NCBI GenBank assembly: GCA_050633305.1
Contig: JBOEGF010000005.1
Span: 32,001-96,000, forward strand
Length of the DNA: 64,000 nucleotides
Source of the DNA: Nannocystales bacterium
Lineage (GTDB): Bacteria; Myxococcota_A; Polyangia; Nannocystales; Nannocystaceae
Direction: 5' to 3'
The notes below the pieces were generated by a model that saw only the letters and a program-made list of their open reading frames with translations, had not been told where the DNA came from and made no database searches. Below, piece by piece: positions 59,155-64,000 of the stretch. Each line of letters begins with the position of its first letter. Position 1 is the first letter of the stretch. The translations under genes were made by a program, and so were the position numbers.

Positions 59155-61416
59155 ATGGATTGGGAGCCGGCCGTTTTCGCACTGCCTGGCGGGGAGTGGA
59201 CGCCGCCACTTGTGGCCGCGATGCAGGCCTGCGACGACCCGATGTGGGTCTTTGATGTCGAGCGCTATCGGATGCCCTGGGCCAACCAGCGCGCGTTGGA
59301 CTTCTGGAATGCGAAGTCGGTGGCGGAACTCGCCGAGCGTGACTTCTCCAATGGGATGTCTCAGTCCACGCGGCTGCGCTTGGCCGGTTACCAACGCACG
59401 CTCGAGCGTGACGACTCGGTGTTCGACCGCTGGACTTTGTTCCCCGGCGACCGACCGCAGACGATGCTCATCGCGTTTGGGCGGGTTCCGGGCCAGCGAG
59501 GGGTCGAGCAAATGCTGCTCCGGGCTCGGCACTGCGAGACGACGCAGTCGGACATTCGTGGGGTCGAAGCGCTGCGGCACACGAGCGTGATGATCACGCT
59601 GTGTACTCCGCGAGGCCACGTGCTGATGCAGAACCCTGCCGCCGCCGAGGCGTTTGGCGATCTTTCGATGGATGTTGGCAATGACGCGATGCGTCAACGC
59701 TTCGTCTCTGCGGCGGATGCCGAGCTTGTCGAGAACGCGTTGCTCGAGGAAGGGGAATTCCGGGGCGAACTTTCGGTTCGTACCGATTCCGGCGAGGTTT
59801 GGCACGCACTCCACGTGCTCACCACCAGCGACCCTGCAACGGGCCAGCCCGCCATCCTCGTCAACGAGACGAACATCGATGGCCGAAAGCGCAGCGAGCT
59901 GGCGCTGGCCGAGGCCTCCGAGAAGCTCGAGCAGCGTGTCGTCGCTCGCACGCTCGAGTTGGCCGAGCAGCGGGCGTTTGTCGAGGGCATCTTGGACACC
60001 TCTCCGTGTTTCATGTTCGTGGCTGATGCAGGCGGAGGCGTCGTGCGAGGAAACCGGGCGCTCCGAGATTGGCTCGGACAGGATCCCGTGGTGGAGAAGT
60101 GCCCGGCGTGGCGACTGCTCAGCGACTGCACTCCGGAGATGTATTGGGAGTGGATCCGCAGCGCGCCGCCGTCGGAACTCGAGGTGGAGTCGCGCAGTGG
60201 ATCGAAAGAGCGGTCGGTCGTTTATTGGACGCTTCAGGTCTTCGAGGTGGACGACAACCGGTTCCTCGTGGGCGCTGGACTCGACATCACCGAGCGTCGC
60301 GAGATGCAGATGCGGGCGCAGACCAACGACCGCATGGTCGCGCTGGGGACCCTGGCCTCGGGGGTCGCACACGAGATCAACAACCCCCTCGCGTATGTCC
60401 TGACCAACGTGGAGCTGGCGCAAGCCCGTGCCCAAACCGGAGATGTGGCGGCAGTGCAGGAGCACCTGGAGGCCGCCGCAGGAGCCTGTGTTCGGGCTGC
60501 GAAGATCGTCGCGGACCTCAAGGGGTTCTCCCGCCCTCCCGGCCCGACCACCTCGGTCAACCTCTTGGCGGTGGTGGACTCGGCCCGTCGAATGATGTCT
60601 CACCTCTTGGTCGAGCGGCAGATGTTCGCGTGCACGGTTCCCGGCGATGTCTGGGTGCGGGGCGACGAGACGAAGCTTTGCCAGGTGGTGCTGAACCTGC
60701 TCGTGAATGCGGCGGAAGCCTGTGAGGGGAGGGGGGCCGAGGCTTCGGTCGAGGTCTCAGTCGATCGCGACGGCGACGAGGTCACGGTGGTCGTGGATGA
60801 CACGGGGGCCGGGATGTCGGAGGCCGTACGTGCCCGGATCTTCGATCCGTTCTTCACCACCAAGGGCCGGCGGCAAGGCACAGGTCTTGGGCTCGCGATC
60901 TCTCACCGGATCGTGGACCAGCTCGGCGGTGCGATCGAGGTGGAGAGCCGAGAGGGCCACGGCTCGACCTTCCGGGTGCGACTTCCAGGCGGGGCGCCGC
61001 CGAACGAGCAGGCGCCCGCGGAAGCCCCAACCCATGCGGTGGGCAGACGGCGGGTGCTCATCGTGGACGACGAGCCAGGGCTGGCGGAGGGGTTTGCCCT
61101 GTCGCTGTCTCGGCACGACACGATGACGGCAACCTCGGGCGTCGAGGCGCTCGCGTGTATCGACGCGGCCGACTTCGACGTGGTCGTCTGCGACATGAGC
61201 ATGCCGGAGATGGACGGTCCGAGCCTCCACGCGGCTCTGATGAAGAAAGACCCCGATCTCGCGTCCCGGATGTTGTTCGTGACCGGGGGCGCGTTCACGC
61301 CCCAGGCTCACGAGTTCTTGCGCGAGATGTCCGGCAGGGTCTTGTACAAACCGGTCGGCACGGACGCGCTCCGCAAGTTCATCGGCGACCTCGTCGCAGA
61401 GCGCGGGCCACGATAG
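59155..61416 (+). CDS. Multi-PAS hybrid histidine kinase with receiver domain
   Basis: ASGVAHEINNPL, NLLVNAAEA, DTGAGM, FFTTK, GTGLGL; receiver VVCDMSMP..KP. Confidence 0.95.
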   Translation: MDWEPAVFALPGGEWTPPLVAAMQACDDPMWVFDVERYRMPWANQRALDFWNAKSVAELAERDFSNGMSQSTRLRLAGYQRTLERDDSVFDRWTLFPGDRPQTMLIAFGRVPGQRGVEQMLLRARHCETTQSDIRGVEALRHTSVMITLCTPRGHVLMQNPAAAEAFGDLSMDVGNDAMRQRFVSAADAELVENALLEEGEFRGELSVRTDSGEVWHALHVLTTSDPATGQPAILVNETNIDGRKRSELALAEASEKLEQRVVARTLELAEQRAFVEGILDTSPCFMFVADAGGGVVRGNRALRDWLGQDPVVEKCPAWRLLSDCTPEMYWEWIRSAPPSELEVESRSGSKERSVVYWTLQVFEVDDNRFLVGAGLDITERREMQMRAQTNDRMVALGTLASGVAHEINNPLAYVLTNVELAQARAQTGDVAAVQEHLEAAAGACVRAAKIVADLKGFSRPPGPTTSVNLLAVVDSARRMMSHLLVERQMFACTVPGDVWVRGDETKLCQVVLNLLVNAAEACEGRGAEASVEVSVDRDGDEVTVVVDDTGAGMSEAVRARIFDPFFTTKGRRQGTGLGLAISHRIVDQLGGAIEVESREGHGSTFRVRLPGGAPPNEQAPAEAPTHAVGRRRVLIVDDEPGLAEGFALSLSRHDTMTATSGVEALACIDAADFDVVVCDMSMPEMDGPSLHAALMKKDPDLASRMLFVTGGAFTPQAHEFLREMSGRVLYKPVGTDALRKFIGDLVAERGPR

Positions 61417-61418
61417 CC

Positions 61419-62354
61419 CTACTCTTGCTCGGCCAGCCAGCGCTCGGCGTCGATCGCTGCCATGCAACCTGTGCCAGCAGCCGTGATGGCCTGGCGGTAG
61501 GTCTTGTCCGCAACGTCGCCGCAGGCAAAGACGCCTTCAACGTTGGTGTAGCTGCTCCCGGGGCGGTCGATCTTCAGGTAGCCGGCGTCGTCCATCGCGA
61601 GTTGGTCGTTGAAAATACCGGAGTTGGGCTGGTGCCCGATCGCCAAGAAGAAGCCCGTGACTTCGATCGACTCGTCGGCGCCGCCGGTGGTGTCTTCCAT
61701 GAGCACTCCAGTGACACCATCCTCGCCGAGCACTTCCTTGACCTGGCGGTTCCAGTGCACGGTGATCTTCTCGTTCTCCAGTACGCGCTTCTGCATGACC
61801 TTGCTGGCACGGAACTCACCCCGGCGGTGAATGATGTGGACCGAACGGCACATCCGGGTGAGGAAGAGGGCCTCCTCCATCGCCGTGTCGCCGCCGCCGA
61901 CGACCGCGACATCCTGGCCCCGGTAGAAGGCACCGTCGCAGGTGGCGCACGCGGTCACGCCCTTGTTGCGAAGGCGTTGCTCGGAGGGAAGGCCGAGGTA
62001 CTTCGCGCTGGCGCCCGTCGACACGATCAGCGTGTCGCAGGTGTAGGACTCGGTGTCGCCCTTGATCTTGAAGGGGCGGGTGCTGAGGTCAACCTCGGTG
62101 GCGAGGTCGTAGATGATCTCGGTTCCGAAACGCTCGGCCTGCTCGCGGAACTCCTCCATCATCTCCGGACCCGACACACCTTTGGGGTAGCCGGGGAAGT
62201 TCTCGACGTCGGTCGTGGTGGTGAGCTGTCCGCCTGGCTCGGGGCCAGCGAGCATCACGGGTTTCAGCTCGGCCCGTGCGGTGTACAGCGCGGCGGTGTA
62301 TCCCGCCGGTCCCGCGCCGAGAATCATGACTTTGCAGTGCCGAGGGTCGCTCAT
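61419..62354 (-). CDS. trxB: Thioredoxin-disulfide reductase
   Basis: ILGAGPAGYTAA, ENFPG, CATCDG, VVGGGDTAMEEA, GDVAD..YRQAITAAG. Confidence 0.97.
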   Translation of the reverse strand: MSDPRHCKVMILGAGPAGYTAALYTARAELKPVMLAGPEPGGQLTTTTDVENFPGYPKGVSGPEMMEEFREQAERFGTEIIYDLATEVDLSTRPFKIKGDTESYTCDTLIVSTGASAKYLGLPSEQRLRNKGVTACATCDGAFYRGQDVAVVGGGDTAMEEALFLTRMCRSVHIIHRRGEFRASKVMQKRVLENEKITVHWNRQVKEVLGEDGVTGVLMEDTTGGADESIEVTGFFLAIGHQPNSGIFNDQLAMDDAGYLKIDRPGSSYTNVEGVFACGDVADKTYRQAITAAGTGCMAAIDAERWLAEQE

Positions 62355-62445
62355 GCGCCGGAGGATAAGCATGGTCCCCGGGCCTCGCAAGGGAGGCGAG
62401 GGCGCCGGGTTGGGACACGGCCAGGGCCCCGTCCTCGACGTGCTC

Positions 62446-62493
62446 AAAAAAGAACGGCCGCGAACTCCGGAGGGACGGTGGAGTTCGCGGCCG
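62446..62493 (-). terminator. Intrinsic terminator downstream of htrA
   Basis: 14-bp stem CGGCCGCGAACTCC/GGAGTTCGCGGCCG followed on the minus strand by TTCTTTTTT. Confidence 0.88.
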
Positions 62494-62534
62494 AGCCGAC
62501 GTGCCAGTCGGCGGTCGATGAGAGGGGGACAGTC

Positions 62535-63929
62535 TTAGGAACGCTCCAGGGAGACGTTGTGTTTCACCCCGTCGCGAAGAAGCTGAATCTGGACCTTTCC
62601 ACGGCTGCGGCTGAGCGCGTCGCGGACGTCGCTGGGCTCTTGGATGGCCACGCCGTTGAGTTCCAGGACAATGTCTCCACTTTGGAGCTCGAGGTCGTCG
62701 GCGAGGCTACCGGGCTCGACGCGGATGACCTCCAGTCCCTCGTCGTGGGCGCGCGCGCCGATGCCGAGACGCTCCCCGAACCCGGAGAGCGCTGGATCGG
62801 ACGGAGCGGCGGCCGAGGGCGCTGAGGTGGTCGGCACCGGGGCGGATCGCAGGCGCTTCATCTTGTTGCGATCCGGTCGGTCCCCGAGCACCGCGGAGAG
62901 CTCGAGCGTGACGCCGCCTCGCTCGGCTTCCATCAACACGGTGTGGCCCGGCTGCAAGGTGGCGATGATGCTACGCAGGCCGTCGAAGTCATCGATGGCC
63001 GTGCGGTCGACCTTGACCACCACATCGCCAGGACGAAGGCCCGCCTCGGCTGCGGGGGTGTCCGCGTAGACCTCTCCGATGACCGCACCTTGGCCTTCTT
63101 GGGCTCCGCGTTCGCTTGCCGCACCGAGCCAACCCCGGCGGACGGTCCCGGTGGAGCGCAGTTGTTCGATCACGGGCTGTGCTTGGGCGGCTGGAATCGC
63201 AAACCCAGGCCGACTGTTGGCGCCGACCGCAGTCGTGATACCGACCACTGCACCGCGCAGGTCGAACAACGGACCGCCGCTGCTTCCCGGTGCGATGTCG
63301 GCATCGGTTTGCAGGAAGTCGAGGTAGCTGTCGGCATACAGCCCGAGGCTCCCGCGACCTCGTCCCGACAGGATTCCGACGCTTGCAGAATGGTCGAGCC
63401 CCATGGGGTTGCCAATCGCGACGACCCAGTCTCCGACGCGCAGTGCCGCGCTGTCGCCCAGCTGCAGCGCGGGCAGGTCTCGCGCGCCTTCGAGCTCGAG
63501 GACCGCAAGGTCGGTGGCGGCGTCCGAGCCGAGGACCTGGGCGTTGTAACGAGTGCCATCGTGCATCCGGACCTGCAGATGCTCGGCCCCGTCGACGACG
63601 TGGTGGTTCGTGACGATGATGCCTTCAGACGCGTAGACGAACCCGCTGCCCGACGCCTCGGTCCCCGAGGAGAAGAACCCGGCGCCGCGACCGGAGGCAC
63701 GGATGCTCACGACGGACGGGCCGACCGACTCGACCAGCGGAGCGAGACTCTGTCGCGGGTCGTAGTGCAACGCGTCACTCGAGGCGGTCGGCGTCTGGGC
63801 TGCAGAAGGCTCTTCCTCGGCGGGCGTTGGGGGGCTGGCTTCGGCCTCTGAACCGCATCCGGCACTCATCGCGAGAAGAAGAGAGCTGAGCGCGAGCGCC
63901 GCTACACCTGGCTGTGCTGACCCGGTCAT
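62535..63929 (-). CDS. htrA: HtrA/DegP-family serine protease lipoprotein with two PDZ domains
   Basis: Lipobox SAGC; GSGF, TNHHVV, TDLAVL, AIGNPMGL, PGSSGGPL; two PDZ domains. Confidence 0.93.
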   Translation of the reverse strand: MTGSAQPGVAALALSSLLLAMSAGCGSEAEASPPTPAEEEPSAAQTPTASSDALHYDPRQSLAPLVESVGPSVVSIRASGRGAGFFSSGTEASGSGFVYASEGIIVTNHHVVDGAEHLQVRMHDGTRYNAQVLGSDAATDLAVLELEGARDLPALQLGDSAALRVGDWVVAIGNPMGLDHSASVGILSGRGRGSLGLYADSYLDFLQTDADIAPGSSGGPLFDLRGAVVGITTAVGANSRPGFAIPAAQAQPVIEQLRSTGTVRRGWLGAASERGAQEGQGAVIGEVYADTPAAEAGLRPGDVVVKVDRTAIDDFDGLRSIIATLQPGHTVLMEAERGGVTLELSAVLGDRPDRNKMKRLRSAPVPTTSAPSAAAPSDPALSGFGERLGIGARAHDEGLEVIRVEPGSLADDLELQSGDIVLELNGVAIQEPSDVRDALSRSRGKVQIQLLRDGVKHNVSLERS

Positions 63930-63939
63930 CGGGGCCGCC

Positions 63940-63965
63940 AACCCCTCGAAACCGAGCGATATTCC
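63940..63965 (-). promoter_or_regulatory. Candidate ECF promoter for htrA
   Basis: GGAAT-N18-GTT on the minus strand, upstream A8 tract, 10 nt before ATG 63929. Confidence 0.55.
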
Positions 63966-64000
63966 TCCCAAGGCCGAGTTTTTTTTCGTGGTAGATCGGT

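Overview
GC-rich, densely coding bacterial chromosome segment. The gene content points to a myxobacterium, probably Nannocystaceae-like (inference): Cys-rich and Ser/Thr/Gly-stalked lipoproteins, receptor Ser/Thr kinases with TPR or WD40 domains, a Myxococcales-type ECF sigma factor and an FHA-GAF adenylate cyclase. I support about 57 CDS, one tRNA-Leu(CAG), three intrinsic terminators and several promoter/operator motifs. I saw no CRISPR array, transposase, integrase, prophage or rRNA. All domain calls come from reading motifs by eye; no database search was run. Best leads: (1) an ECF sigma / 3x8-Cys lipoprotein / two tandem ZAS-kinase-TPR receptor module with a candidate cognate promoter (33.7-40.5 kb); (2) an ECF / anti-sigma / free-standing tandem STN-domain operon with no TonB receptor (53.1-54.5 kb), plus a separate small protein resembling a secretin core (41.2-42.0 kb); (3) a thrombospondin-like lipoprotein with Ca-binding repeats and a TSP C-terminal domain; (4) a Roadblock/MglB-like protein with an ~80-aa Pro/Ala insertion; (5) recurrent leaderless-type -10 boxes, including a 27-bp bidirectional promoter.
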